From positions 1 to 64,000 of the forward strand of contig CAVUPH010000042.1 in NCBI GenBank assembly GCA_963743305.1: a stretch of DNA of 64,000 nucleotides, read 5' to 3'. The stretch's first letter is position 1. Each line of letters opens with the position of its first letter. The notes under the pieces were generated by a model. That model was not told the DNA's origin. It saw only the letters and a program-made list of their open reading frames with translations, and did no database searches. Of the stretch, positions 19,497-29,624 are shown in pieces. This stretch comes from an uncultured delta proteobacterium. GTDB taxonomy: Bacteria > Desulfobacterota > RBG-13-43-22. Made by a program: the position numbers and the translations under genes.

Positions 19497-19733
19497 TTAC
19501 TTCTTCTTAACATAAAAACGGACAAATCCTTCGTCCTGCTTTTCTCCCAGAAACTCGTTACCGGTCCGTTTGGTCCAACTGGGGAGATCATTCCGGGTTC
19601 CCGGGTCGGTGCTGAGGATTTCCAGGACCTGCCCGGATTTTAAATTGTCCATGGTCTTTTTGGTCTTCAGGACCGGCATGGGACAGCTCAGCCCCCGGGC
19701 GTCCAAAGTTTCATCGGCCTTCACTTCTTCCAT
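19497..19733 (-). CDS. tusA: TusA/YeeD sulfur carrier
   Basis: LDARGLSCPMP, GQVLEILSTDPG. Confidence 0.93.
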   Translation of the reverse strand: MEEVKADETLDARGLSCPMPVLKTKKTMDNLKSGQVLEILSTDPGTRNDLPSWTKRTGNEFLGEKQDEGFVRFYVKKK

Positions 19734-19822
19734 AAAATTACCTCCTTAGGCTATTCCATTTGGTCTGTCTGGTTTATTTAAAGGATTTATTGGGTCTTAA
19801 CGCTTTGCGCCAGCCCTTTTTT

Positions 19823-21010
19823 CTATAATCCAACTGTGAATTTATTGGTTTCTTCGTTCCAGGTAACTAAAAGATACCACAATAAAAGGATCCCTGCAAT
19901 AAAGAGCAGGCTTCCGCCCCAGCCGAAAACGTCCGGCAGGAATATGGCTCGGCCCAGTTTCTGCCGCCAACCGGTACTCCGTAAAAATGCGGTGCTTAAG
20001 GAATTAAAAGTGGCAAAGGTCAGCAGGGCGGCCCATAATTTGAGCTGGCCTTCGCCCACCCGCCAAAGGGTCCCGCTTCCGCACCCGCCGGCAATCACCA
20101 TGCCTATGCCAAATATCAGCCCTCCGAAGAGGGAACCTCCCCAAAAAGCCGGGATGACATAGGTGCTTTCCGCACGAACGCCAGTCCATTTGAGTACGGC
20201 TACGCCTAAGGAACCCAGGATGATGCTCAAGGCGATGGCCTTGGCGATCCCGGCTTCCCCGGTCATGAAGGGATCCCGAAAAGCCCGGACAAAGCAGAAG
20301 CGGCACCGTTGCAGGATGATGCCGAAGGCCGCCCCGAAAAGGAGCAGGCCGCCGATTTCCGTGTAGGCCCGACCGGCATACCCATAAGCCCAGAGGATCA
20401 ACCCCAGGAGTACCAGCACCCCCAGATAGGGCTGAACGGACTTCCAGTCAAAGCTTTTTTTCCCTGGTTTGGCCGGGGGGACAAAGCCGGCTTTGGACGG
20501 GAATTTTTCCAGTTCCCAGAGCAGGTACTTGAGCCCGATAAAGGCACCGATCATCAGGCCGATCAGCATGGGGAACGCGCTAGCCGAAAGGTTGATCAGG
20601 GGGGTGTAGAAGGCTCCCACGTTGCAGCCGATGGCCAAGGCCGAGCCGACCCCCATCAGGGTTCCACCCGCCAGTCCTTTGATCATTTCCAGAGGCGGGG
20701 CCCAGCGAAAGGCAAATTCCTTGGCCATCAGAGCCGATCCGAAGGTGCCCAGGAGGAAGCCGATATCCATCACGGACCCGGAAAACAAGATAGGGTTCTC
20801 CGGCCGCGCAGGATAGAGGCCGAGCCCGTAAAAAAGCCAGTCGGCCCAATTTCTAATCCCGCCCACGATACCCCAGGGACGGGACCAGGCCACGATCAAA
20901 ATACTGAACAACCCCAGGAGCAGGCCCCCGGTGAGGGCCGGCCACTGGGCGTAGAAAACGGCGGCATATCCCTCTTTGAACTTATTTTTTAAAACGTTTT
21001 CTTCGGCCAT
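19823..21010 (-). CDS. yeeE: YeeE/YedE sulfur-compound transporter
   Basis: AIGCNVG, QRCRFCF, AGGCGSG Cys motifs; polytopic membrane protein. Confidence 0.92.
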   Translation of the reverse strand: MAEENVLKNKFKEGYAAVFYAQWPALTGGLLLGLFSILIVAWSRPWGIVGGIRNWADWLFYGLGLYPARPENPILFSGSVMDIGFLLGTFGSALMAKEFAFRWAPPLEMIKGLAGGTLMGVGSALAIGCNVGAFYTPLINLSASAFPMLIGLMIGAFIGLKYLLWELEKFPSKAGFVPPAKPGKKSFDWKSVQPYLGVLVLLGLILWAYGYAGRAYTEIGGLLLFGAAFGIILQRCRFCFVRAFRDPFMTGEAGIAKAIALSIILGSLGVAVLKWTGVRAESTYVIPAFWGGSLFGGLIFGIGMVIAGGCGSGTLWRVGEGQLKLWAALLTFATFNSLSTAFLRSTGWRQKLGRAIFLPDVFGWGGSLLFIAGILLLWYLLVTWNEETNKFTVGL

Positions 21011-21221
21011 GGCTTCCTTCCTCAATTAACTCAGTGATTCATCATGGATTTTCGGATTTTGGCCTTAAATTTTAAAATTATAATGCTCAAAGCCGCCATT
21101 GTCAAATTTTCAAATCTGGTTTACAAGCCTCTCTTTTTTTAGTAAGACGAGACCACTCCCTAATAAAACCTCCGGATTTGCGAGGGCGCTTTGGGGCACG
21201 GAAATAAAGTGTGACCAAAAT

Positions 21222-21463
21222 TCGTCATTCCGGACGCAATCCGGAATCCAGCCTCGGATAAGCTCGGGAAGTCCTGGATACCGGATCAAGTCCGGTAAGA
21301 CTACCCAAAAAAAGGCCTTAAAAAGCGATGTTCGATTTTATTTTCGTACTAAACCCCCATGCCCGGGGCGGGCATCCCGAAGCATGAAAATCCCCCCTCG
21401 CCCCCCTTTGCCAAAGGGGGGAGTTAAAGTCCCCCTTTAACAAAGGGGGATTTAGAGGGATTT
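21222..21463. repeat. Stack of intergenic palindromic repeats
   Basis: CGTCATTCCGG..TCCGGAATCC...GGATACCGGATCAAGTCCGG; CGAAGCATGAAAAT (also near 11104); CCCCCCTTT..AAAGGGGGG pair related to 59396-59482. Confidence 0.65.
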
Positions 21464-21549
21464 CAAAAGGGCTGGGATAACCACCGAATCTTCTATTTTC
21501 GTATTAAACCTAAATATAAAGGCTTATCACCCCAGTGATCAGACCATAA

Positions 21550-23670
21550 ATGATGACCGGAAAAACGAATATCTACCAGAAAAATCTCAATGCCGCACAA
21601 CTGGAAGCCGTCCAAGCCCCCGACGGGCCGAGCTTGATTATTGCCGGCGCCGGCAGCGGAAAAACTCGGACCCTGGTTTATCGCGTAGCCTGGTTGGTTG
21701 AGCAGGGGATCGATCCAGGACGGATCCTGCTGCTGACCTTTACCCGCAAGGCGGCCCAGGAGATGCTTAACCGGGTGGAGACGATGTTGGGCATCTCCTG
21801 CCGGGAAATTTCCGGGGGGACTTTCCATTCCCTGGGCTACCGCATTCTGCGCCGGCAGGGGGGCCTGATCGGGTTGTCCGGCCATCCCACGGTCATGGAC
21901 CGTTCCGACGCAGTGGAAATCATGGGGCGGCTGATCAAGGCCCAAGGTCTGGACCAGCACTCCGAGGCCCCGGGACGCAAGGACCTGGTGGAACTGGTTA
22001 GCCGGATCAACAACCGGGCCCTGGATTTTGAACAAGGGGTTCGGGTGTTTGCCCCTCAATGGGAAAACCTGATCCCCCGGCTCACTCTTTTACGGCAGGC
22101 CTTCGAAGATTACAAAAGACAGCATTTCCTCCTGGACTACGACGACTTACTGCTTTACACCCTGAAGCTGTTTGGCGACCACCCGGAAGTGGCTCGAAAT
22201 CTTTCCGAACACTATCAGTATGTGATGGTGGATGAATACCAGGATACCAATCTGCTGCAGGCCCAAATGGTCCGCGCGCTGATTCAGGCCCACGGGAATC
22301 TTATGGTCGTGGGGGATGATTCCCAATCCATCTATGGCTTTAGGGGCGCCCGGGTCAAGAACATCCTCGAGTTCCCCAAGAGCTTTCCCCAGGCCCGGGT
22401 TATCAAGCTGGAAGAAAACTACCGCAGTTCCCAGGCCATTCTGACTTTAGCCAATACCGTGATCAGTTTCGCCGCTCAGCGGCACAGTAAATGCCTACGG
22501 GCACATAACCCGGCCGGGGACCTCCCTCGGTGCATCGAGTTGCCCCACGAGGAAGGACAATCCCAGTTCATCGTCAGCCAATTGAAGGCTTTGCAAAAAC
22601 AAGGCCTTCCCTGGTCGGAAACGGCTGTCCTCTTTCGGGCCGGTCATCATTCTTTCAATCTGGAAATCCATCTGCAGAAAAGCGGAATTCCTTTCGTCAA
22701 GTACGGCGGCCGCAAGTTGACCGAGGGCGCCCATATCAAGGACCTGCTGGCCTACCTCAAGGTATCCCAAAATCCTCAGGAGGCCTTGTCCTGGGAGCGG
22801 ATTCTACGACACTTGGAGGGGCTGGGACCCAAAAGGGCAGGACAGATCGTGAGTGGATTATTGGAGATCGAGGAATGGGACTCCCGAATCCGGTTTCTCA
22901 GGGAGTACCCGCGGCCCCAACCCCAGCTCGGCCGACTGGGGGAGATGCTGAATCTCTTGAGCCAGGAACCCCTTTCTCCGTCTGCCGCGCTGGAAATAAT
23001 CTGGGAGTATTACCAGCCTCTGCTTCCCCGGCTTTTTGAAGATCCGGAATACAGGAAAAAGGATATTGAGGAGTTGCTGCGGGTCAGCAATGTCTATACC
23101 GAGGTGGACGAATTCTTAGGAGATCTGTTGCTGGAAACCCCTGACCGGGGTGCTGATTCAGGGCAGGAACGGCTGGTGCTCTCCACGGTCCATTCGGCCA
23201 AGGGGCTGGAATGGCAGGCAGTTTTCGTCATCTGGCTGACGGAAGGACGTTTTCCTTCCACGCATGCTCGTGAAAGTCAGGAGGAATTGGAGGAGGAACG
23301 TCGTTTGCTCTATGTGGCCATCACCCGGGCCAAGGAAAAACTTTTCCTGACCTATCCCTTGCAAGGCTCTGAAAGAGGGGGAGGCTGGCAGCACAATGAA
23401 GCCTCTCGGTTTATCGCCCTGCTGCCCGAGGAGATCCTGCGCCGTCAAACCCCGCTGCGGGAAAACGTCCCGCGAGTTTTTCAGGCCGAACCCCCTCGCC
23501 GTAAGGTCCGGGAAGACGGCGGCTACCCGGTGGGGCTCAAAGTATACCATCCACTTTTCGGGTCCGGTATCGTCGAAGAATCCCCCCAGGACCGGAAGAT
23601 TCGGGTCAAATTCCGGAGCTACGGCATCAAGGTGCTGCACTTGGATTTTGCCCGTCTGGAAAAGGCATAA
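21550..23670 (+). CDS. UvrD/PcrA/Rep-family ATP-dependent DNA helicase
   Basis: IAGAGSGKTRTL, VDEYQDTN, GDDSQSIYGFRGA, TVHSAKGLEW, EERRLLYVAITRA. Confidence 0.95.
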   Translation: MMTGKTNIYQKNLNAAQLEAVQAPDGPSLIIAGAGSGKTRTLVYRVAWLVEQGIDPGRILLLTFTRKAAQEMLNRVETMLGISCREISGGTFHSLGYRILRRQGGLIGLSGHPTVMDRSDAVEIMGRLIKAQGLDQHSEAPGRKDLVELVSRINNRALDFEQGVRVFAPQWENLIPRLTLLRQAFEDYKRQHFLLDYDDLLLYTLKLFGDHPEVARNLSEHYQYVMVDEYQDTNLLQAQMVRALIQAHGNLMVVGDDSQSIYGFRGARVKNILEFPKSFPQARVIKLEENYRSSQAILTLANTVISFAAQRHSKCLRAHNPAGDLPRCIELPHEEGQSQFIVSQLKALQKQGLPWSETAVLFRAGHHSFNLEIHLQKSGIPFVKYGGRKLTEGAHIKDLLAYLKVSQNPQEALSWERILRHLEGLGPKRAGQIVSGLLEIEEWDSRIRFLREYPRPQPQLGRLGEMLNLLSQEPLSPSAALEIIWEYYQPLLPRLFEDPEYRKKDIEELLRVSNVYTEVDEFLGDLLLETPDRGADSGQERLVLSTVHSAKGLEWQAVFVIWLTEGRFPSTHARESQEELEEERRLLYVAITRAKEKLFLTYPLQGSERGGGWQHNEASRFIALLPEEILRRQTPLRENVPRVFQAEPPRRKVREDGGYPVGLKVYHPLFGSGIVEESPQDRKIRVKFRSYGIKVLHLDFARLEKA

Positions 23671-23673
23671 TCT

Positions 23674-25044
23674 ATGGATAAGCAGTTTGAACCTCTGTCC
23701 CGGGATTCGGTCTACGATCAGGCCTTATCGTATCTGTACGGTCTGCAGAAGTTCGGCATGAAATTCGGTCTTTCCAAGACCGAGAACCTCCTTCAGGCTT
23801 TTGGCCGTCCCCAGGACCAATTGAAGCTGATCCATATCGCCGGCACGAACGGTAAGGGTTCGGTGGCAGCTATGGCGGCCTCCATCTTTTCACAGGCCGG
23901 TTATCGGGTGGGGCTTTATACTTCCCCCCATCTCGTGGATTTTCGCGAGCGTTTTCAGATCAATGGACGCCTGATCCCCCCCGGGGTGACCCTGGACTTG
24001 GTCCGGGAGGTGAAGGAACGGACGAATGCGGAAGAACCGCCCACTTTTTTCGAGATGGTGACGGCCATGGCCCTCATTTATTTCGCCCGGGAAAAGGTGG
24101 ACCTGGCGTTCATCGAGGTTGGATTGGGGGGGCGTTTGGACGCTACCAATATCATCCGGCCTCGAGTGACGGTTATCACCACGCTGGGTCTGGAGCATCA
24201 GGAATATCTGGGGAACACCTTGAGGCGGATTGCCTGGGAAAAGGGGGGGATCATCAAACCCGGTATCCCCCTGGTATCCGGGGTAACCCAGCCGGTAGCC
24301 CGGGAAGTCATCGGGCAAATCTGCCGGGAGCAGGGATCCCCCCTGTTTTTAGCCGGCCGGGATTTCCAGACCCGAAAAATCAAGGGCACCCAATTCAATT
24401 ACACCGGTTTTGGAAAGGTTTATAAGGGCCTGCGAAATAAACTGCTTGGACCCCACCAGATTAGAAACGCCGGGCTGGCCTTAAGCCTGGTCAACCTCTG
24501 GCCTCTGGAGGGTAAAACTCTTTCCGAGGATCATATCCGGGAGGGCTTGCTCCGGGTTAATTGGCCGGGCCGGATGGAAGTCTGGGCTGAAAAACCTCGG
24601 ATTGTATTGGACGGCGCCCACAACCCGGCGGCCATGAAGGTGCTGGCCGAGACCCTGCCCAAGGCCCTGCCCTATCGACGACTGTTGCTGGTGATCGGGA
24701 TCATGCAAGACAAAGACATCCCGGCCATCTTGGCGCCTATCGTCCCTTTGGCGGATCGGGTCTTTCTAACCCGGGCGGAATACCTTCGGTCGGCGGAGCC
24801 GGAAAAACTGCTCTCTTTCATAGACCGGGACCGAAGCAAATGCCGCTTGTTTTCTGCCCTCTCCCTGGCGATTGACCGGGCGGTCAGCGAAGCGGCGGAG
24901 AACGACCTGATCTGTATCACCGGCTCGCTGTTCGTGGTCGGCGAGGCCCGGGCCTACCTGGAGAAAAGATACAAAATTTCAAACGGCGCCGCCCCCCCAT
25001 CGGAATTAACTCCGCAGTGCATTCCAAAAGGTAAGGTGTTATAA
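23674..25044 (+). CDS. folC: Folylpolyglutamate synthase/dihydrofolate synthase
   Basis: HIAGTNGKGS, YTSPHL, EVGLGGRLDATN, DGAHNP. Confidence 0.96.
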   Translation: MDKQFEPLSRDSVYDQALSYLYGLQKFGMKFGLSKTENLLQAFGRPQDQLKLIHIAGTNGKGSVAAMAASIFSQAGYRVGLYTSPHLVDFRERFQINGRLIPPGVTLDLVREVKERTNAEEPPTFFEMVTAMALIYFAREKVDLAFIEVGLGGRLDATNIIRPRVTVITTLGLEHQEYLGNTLRRIAWEKGGIIKPGIPLVSGVTQPVAREVIGQICREQGSPLFLAGRDFQTRKIKGTQFNYTGFGKVYKGLRNKLLGPHQIRNAGLALSLVNLWPLEGKTLSEDHIREGLLRVNWPGRMEVWAEKPRIVLDGAHNPAAMKVLAETLPKALPYRRLLLVIGIMQDKDIPAILAPIVPLADRVFLTRAEYLRSAEPEKLLSFIDRDRSKCRLFSALSLAIDRAVSEAAENDLICITGSLFVVGEARAYLEKRYKISNGAAPPSELTPQCIPKGKVL

Positions 25045-25080
25045 AAATTTATTAATTTAGGTTGTAGTTATTATCAATTT

Positions 25081-27441
25081 ATGTTAAAAAAAGCGAAAAA
25101 AAATGGAAAGGGTTTGATCAAGCCCATGGGGGCAAATTCGCTACCATCCTGCCGGCAGTTTTTTGCCTGTCTATTCTGGTTTTTCCTATTAGGGGTCCCC
25201 TGGGCGGCCGCCCAGGAAACCCTTTTTTCCGCTGGTTCCCCATCCGAAAAAGTCCCCTGGGATATTGAGGCGCGGGAATTAAATTACGACCATGATACGA
25301 ATATATATACGGCTATCGGGGAAGTGGTCATTAAGAAAGGGGATCGGGTATTAAAGAGTGACTATGCCCGGTTAGACCGAAATACCATGATCGCCGAAGC
25401 CCGGGGAAACGTGGTCTACACGGCCGGGGGGGATGAACTGCGGGGCGATCACCTAACGATCGACTTACAAAAGCAGACCGGCGAGGTGGAAAAAGGACGC
25501 TTGTTCCTGAAGAAAAATAACTATCACGTCACCGGGACCCGGATCTGGAAAACCGGCGAATCCACCTATCGGATCCTGGAGGGCACCGTCACCTCCTGTG
25601 ATGGGGATGATCCCCCCTGGATGATCACCGCCAAAGACTTTGACGTAACCGTGGAAGGGTACGGCAAGTTATATCAGGCCTCCCTCCGGGCCCGCGACAT
25701 CCCCGTCCTGTACACGCCCTATCTGATCTTTCCGGTCAAAACCAAACGACAAAGCGGCCTGTTGTTTCCGGAACCCGGATATTCCCAGCGGGACGGCCTG
25801 ACGCTCAACGCGCCCTTCTACTGGGCCATAGCGGATAACCTGGACGCCACCTTTTACCAGTATTTCATGAGCAATCGGGGCTACATGCAGGGGGCGGAAT
25901 TTCGCTATGTCACCGATCCAAACTCCAAAGGGGCGTTCATGGCGGACTATCTCCCTAAGGACCTGCTGGGCGAGGAGGAATTCAAGGCGAAGCGAAACAG
26001 TGAAGCCTACAACGAACGATACTGGTTCCGAGGCAAGGCCAACCAGGATCTGCCGAAAGGGTATGTACTTAAAGTGGACCTGGACTTGCTCAGCGACCGG
26101 GACTACCTCAGAGAATTCCGAGGAGCGGGCAACGGGCTGGACCGCAATCGACCTTATTTTTTGAGTGAGTTCGGCCGGGATTTCGATGACGAGACGGTCT
26201 TGGATCGCCGGAACACGGCTATCGTCACCCGCAGCCTGGGGAATTATAATTTTACCGGCGGGTTTCAATATTTCCAGGAGTTGGACAATAGCGATGATGC
26301 TTTGAACCAGCTCCCCTATTTCCGTTATGACAGCACAAAATACGAACTCGGGAAAAATTTCTTTTTCCAGTTGAATTCCGATTACAATCATTACTGGCGG
26401 AAAAGCCTGGATCGGGGCCAGTTCATGGAAATTAATCCGATTCTTTCCTACCCCTATAAATTTCTTAACGTTCTCAACACGGAAACCTCTGTCGGGGCCA
26501 ACCAGGCCTTTTTCCAGGTGGAGAATAAAACCGGTACCGGGGTAGCGGATTGGGGCGCCCGAACCGTGCCGAGTTTAAAGCTGGATTTGTCTACGGATAT
26601 CCAGCGCGTTTTTGATGTCTCCGATAAAACGCTCCGGAAAATCAAACACAGCATCCGCCCGCAGGTGGTTTATGATTTTACTCCGGACATAACGAATAAC
26701 AATACCGCCGATTCTTTGCCGACTTTTGTCTCCCCACTGATTAAAACCAATACCATTACCTATTATCTGAATAACACGCTGACCGCCAAAAACTTTATCG
26801 GGAAAGGGAAAGAAGGGGAAGATCTTCATTCTTACCTGGATTTTGTCTATTTTAAAATTTACCAGACCTATGACATCAATGAGGCCACTCGGGACGAAAA
26901 AACCCCAAGAATTTTAGGAATTACGACCACCGGAACCACCGGAACCGCTCCTGTCACCGGAATCACCGGGACCACCGGAATCGTACCAGTCACCGGAATC
27001 GGTGGAACCACCGGAACTACCGGAACCACCAGTTCCCGGAGACCTTTTTCCAATGTGACGGGGGAGCTGGAATTCATCCCCAGTCCGTATATCCGGTTTC
27101 GCTCTTATGCCGGCTGGTCGCCTTACGACAACCGGTTCGATACCCAGACCCATACGCTCAGCCTGAACACTCTAGGGGGGAGCTGGGCCTCTGTGGATTA
27201 TCAAACCATCAACGGGGACCAGTACAGGCAGATTAACACTTCGTTGCTTTGGAAGATCAATCCCACCTGGACAGCCGATTTCCTGAATAGATTCTCCATC
27301 GATCAAAATAAGAACTATGAGACCAACTTGGGGCTGGCTTACGCCCATCAATGCTGGGGAATTAAAGCCACTTACACGGATAGCTATGGCGATAAACGAT
27401 TCCTCCTTTCCCTTAATTTAAAAGGTCTGGGCGAATTTTAG
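25081..27441 (+). CDS. lptD: LPS assembly protein LptD
   Basis: OstA-like N-terminus, VTSCD, KRQSGLLFP, QCWG, C-terminal LKGLG; start could be 25126. Confidence 0.92.
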   Translation: MLKKAKKNGKGLIKPMGANSLPSCRQFFACLFWFFLLGVPWAAAQETLFSAGSPSEKVPWDIEARELNYDHDTNIYTAIGEVVIKKGDRVLKSDYARLDRNTMIAEARGNVVYTAGGDELRGDHLTIDLQKQTGEVEKGRLFLKKNNYHVTGTRIWKTGESTYRILEGTVTSCDGDDPPWMITAKDFDVTVEGYGKLYQASLRARDIPVLYTPYLIFPVKTKRQSGLLFPEPGYSQRDGLTLNAPFYWAIADNLDATFYQYFMSNRGYMQGAEFRYVTDPNSKGAFMADYLPKDLLGEEEFKAKRNSEAYNERYWFRGKANQDLPKGYVLKVDLDLLSDRDYLREFRGAGNGLDRNRPYFLSEFGRDFDDETVLDRRNTAIVTRSLGNYNFTGGFQYFQELDNSDDALNQLPYFRYDSTKYELGKNFFFQLNSDYNHYWRKSLDRGQFMEINPILSYPYKFLNVLNTETSVGANQAFFQVENKTGTGVADWGARTVPSLKLDLSTDIQRVFDVSDKTLRKIKHSIRPQVVYDFTPDITNNNTADSLPTFVSPLIKTNTITYYLNNTLTAKNFIGKGKEGEDLHSYLDFVYFKIYQTYDINEATRDEKTPRILGITTTGTTGTAPVTGITGTTGIVPVTGIGGTTGTTGTTSSRRPFSNVTGELEFIPSPYIRFRSYAGWSPYDNRFDTQTHTLSLNTLGGSWASVDYQTINGDQYRQINTSLLWKINPTWTADFLNRFSIDQNKNYETNLGLAYAHQCWGIKATYTDSYGDKRFLLSLNLKGLGEF
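26917..27033 (+). repeat. Thr/Gly-rich coding repeat inside lptD
   Basis: ACCGGA-based units encoding GITTTGTTGTAPVTGITGTTGIVPVTGIGGTTGTTGTT. Confidence 0.8.
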
Positions 27442-27462
27442 CCCCCTCCCCCCTAAAAAATA

Positions 27463-27491
27463 TTGACAACTTAAATTAATTGGGGTAAATT
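27463..27491 (+). promoter_or_regulatory. sigma70 promoter of rplM-rpsI
   Basis: TTGACA-N17-TAAATT. Confidence 0.6.
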
Positions 27492-27523
27492 ATCTTTTTT
27501 TAACTTTATAGGGGTAGGGTACG

Positions 27524-27952
27524 ATGAAAACATTTCGACCTAAAGCAGGTGAATTTGAGCGGAAATGGTATCTGGTCGATGCCAAAGACCTGGTTCTGGG
27601 TCGGTTGGCCTCGGAAATTGCCAGTCGTCTGAGGGGTAAAATGAATCCCCGTTTTGTCCCTTATGCCGACATGGGCGATTTTGTAATCGTAGTCAATGCC
27701 GAGCAGATCAAACTGACGGGCAGAAAAATAGACCAAAAGATATATTACCATCATTCGGGATTTATCGGCGGACTGAAATCCATTACCGCGAAAAAATTGA
27801 TGGAAAAACGACCCGAAGATTTGATTCGTCAGGCGGTTCGAGGCATGTTGCCGAAGAACAGCTTGGGCCGGAAAATTAATAAGAAATTAAAGGTTTATGT
27901 GGGCCCGGAACATCCTCATCAAGCCCAGCAACCCATCACCTTAACGCTGTAG
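27524..27952 (+). CDS. rplM: 50S ribosomal protein L13
   Basis: [32 protein letters not shown]. Confidence 0.98.
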   Translation: MKTFRPKAGEFERKWYLVDAKDLVLGRLASEIASRLRGKMNPRFVPYADMGDFVIVVNAEQIKLTGRKIDQKIYYHHSGFIGGLKSITAKKLMEKRPEDLIRQAVRGMLPKNSLGRKINKKLKVYVGPEHPHQAQQPITLTL

Positions 27953-27966
27953 AGGTTAACTGAATT

Positions 27967-28359
27967 ATGGCCGAAAAGGAATACTACGCCACAGGAAAAA
28001 GAAAATGCGCTATCGCCCGGACCTGGCTGCGGCCGGGAACCGGTCAGATCGTGATTAATGACCGGCCGGTGGATAATTACTTCAGCCGGGAAACCGCCAA
28101 GATGGTGGTCCTCCAACCTTTGGAATTGACCGATACGGTCGGAAAATTTGATATTTTGGTCAACGTGCAGGGCGGGGGATTGACCGGCCAGGCCGGGGCC
28201 GTTAAACATGGAATCAGTAAGGCTCTGCTGGTCTTTGATCCTAATTTACGGGCCGTATTAAAAAAGGCGGGGTTCTTAACCCGTGATTCCAGGATCAAGG
28301 AACGGAAAAAATACGGTCAGAAAGGGGCCAGGGCCCGTTTTCAATATTCGAAGCGTTAA
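27967..28359 (+). CDS. rpsI: 30S ribosomal protein S9
   Basis: [26 protein letters not shown]. Confidence 0.98.
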   Translation: MAEKEYYATGKRKCAIARTWLRPGTGQIVINDRPVDNYFSRETAKMVVLQPLELTDTVGKFDILVNVQGGGLTGQAGAVKHGISKALLVFDPNLRAVLKKAGFLTRDSRIKERKKYGQKGARARFQYSKR

Positions 28360-28387
28360 TAGGTAACATAAAAAAAATTAAAATTCG

Positions 28388-28423
28388 AAAGGGAAGGCCC
28401 GAGAGGGTACTTCCCTTTTTTTT
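28388..28423 (+). terminator. Intrinsic terminator after rpsI
   Basis: AAAGGGAAG...CTTCCCTTTTTTTT. Confidence 0.7.
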
Positions 28424-28433
28424 GGAGGGGATC

Positions 28434-29486
28434 ATGGCAGAATCAAAAACAAAGGCAGTTATAGTAGGAGGATCGGGGTATACCGGTCTGGAGCTCTTGC
28501 GTCTATTGCTTCGGCATCCCCGGGTGGAGGTGGTCGGCGTGACCTCCCGGACCCACCAAGGCCAGAAGGTCCAGCAGGTTTTCCCCTCCTTGGGCTATAC
28601 GGATCTGCTTTTCAGCGACCCGGCGTCCAAGGAGAGCACCCGGGAGGCGCAAGTCGTTTTTACCGCCGTGCCCCATAAAGAGGCCATGGAGATCATCGCC
28701 CGAATCTTCCCGGATCAAAGGCTTAAAATTATCGATCTGAGCGCGGATTTTCGGTTTCAGGACCCGGAAATCTATCAGGCCTGGTACGGTCCCCATCAGG
28801 CGCCCGACCTGCTGAAACAAGCGGTTTACGGGCTGCCCGAGATCCACACCCCGGCCATTCGGCAGGCCCGACTGATCGGGAATCCCGGCTGCTATCCCAC
28901 CAGTATTATTTTAGGACTGGCCCCCCTGCTGAAGGAAAAGGTGATTGAACCTCAGGGGCTGGTGGCGGATTCTAAATCCGGCGTCAGCGGTGCCGGACGG
29001 TCGGTTCATTTAGGGAGCTTGTACTGCGAGGTGGATGAAGGCTTCAAGGCCTATAAAGTGGGTGGCCAGCACCGCCATACCCCTGAAATTGAACAGGAAT
29101 TAAGCCGGTTGGCTGAACAGTCGCTGACTATCACCTTCACTCCCCACCTGGTGCCCATGTCCCGGGGGATACTATCCACTCTTTACGCCTATCCTCAAAA
29201 GGAAACGACCTGGGAGGACCTCAAGGATCTTTATAGCGACTTTTACCGGGAAGCCCCTTTCGTCCGCTTGCTGGAGAAAGGGGAACTCCCTAATACCCTC
29301 AGGGTCCGGGGTTCCAACTACTGCGAAATCGGATGGCGTCTGGATCCCAGGACGGGGCGGGTGATCGTCCTCTCGGCCATCGATAATTTGGTCAAGGGGG
29401 CCTCCGGGCAGGCTATCCAAAATATGAATATCCTCCTGGGCTGGGACCAGACCCTGGGCTTGACCCAACTGCCGCTTTATCCGTAA
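28434..29486 (+). CDS. argC: N-acetyl-gamma-glutamyl-phosphate reductase
   Basis: GGSGYTG, DLSADFR, NPGCYPT, DNLVKGASGQA. Confidence 0.97.
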   Translation: MAESKTKAVIVGGSGYTGLELLRLLLRHPRVEVVGVTSRTHQGQKVQQVFPSLGYTDLLFSDPASKESTREAQVVFTAVPHKEAMEIIARIFPDQRLKIIDLSADFRFQDPEIYQAWYGPHQAPDLLKQAVYGLPEIHTPAIRQARLIGNPGCYPTSIILGLAPLLKEKVIEPQGLVADSKSGVSGAGRSVHLGSLYCEVDEGFKAYKVGGQHRHTPEIEQELSRLAEQSLTITFTPHLVPMSRGILSTLYAYPQKETTWEDLKDLYSDFYREAPFVRLLEKGELPNTLRVRGSNYCEIGWRLDPRTGRVIVLSAIDNLVKGASGQAIQNMNILLGWDQTLGLTQLPLYP

Positions 29487-29489
29487 TAA

Positions 29490-29622
29490 CGTTGATTTGG
29501 TTTATATGGTTTATTTCGTTATCTGGTTTAGCAAGAGAAGACCGTTGCCACCTATTAACCACTTCCGATATTAACCAAACCAACGTAATCAACGAAACAA
29601 ACCAAACAAACCAAATAAACGA
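29490..29622. repeat. Imperfect inverted array of ~9-nt units (TTTGGTTTA-like ... AAACCAAAT-like)
   Basis: ttgatttggtttatatggtttatttcgtt at left; aaacaaaccaaacaaaccaaataaacgaa at right. Confidence 0.55.
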
Positions 29623-29624
29623 AG

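Noticed and set aside
14900-21010. Additional Sec codons in thioredoxins, TusA, DsrE, YeeE or rhodanese
   Set aside because: Their catalytic motifs are encoded as Cys and the stops fall at normal C-termini
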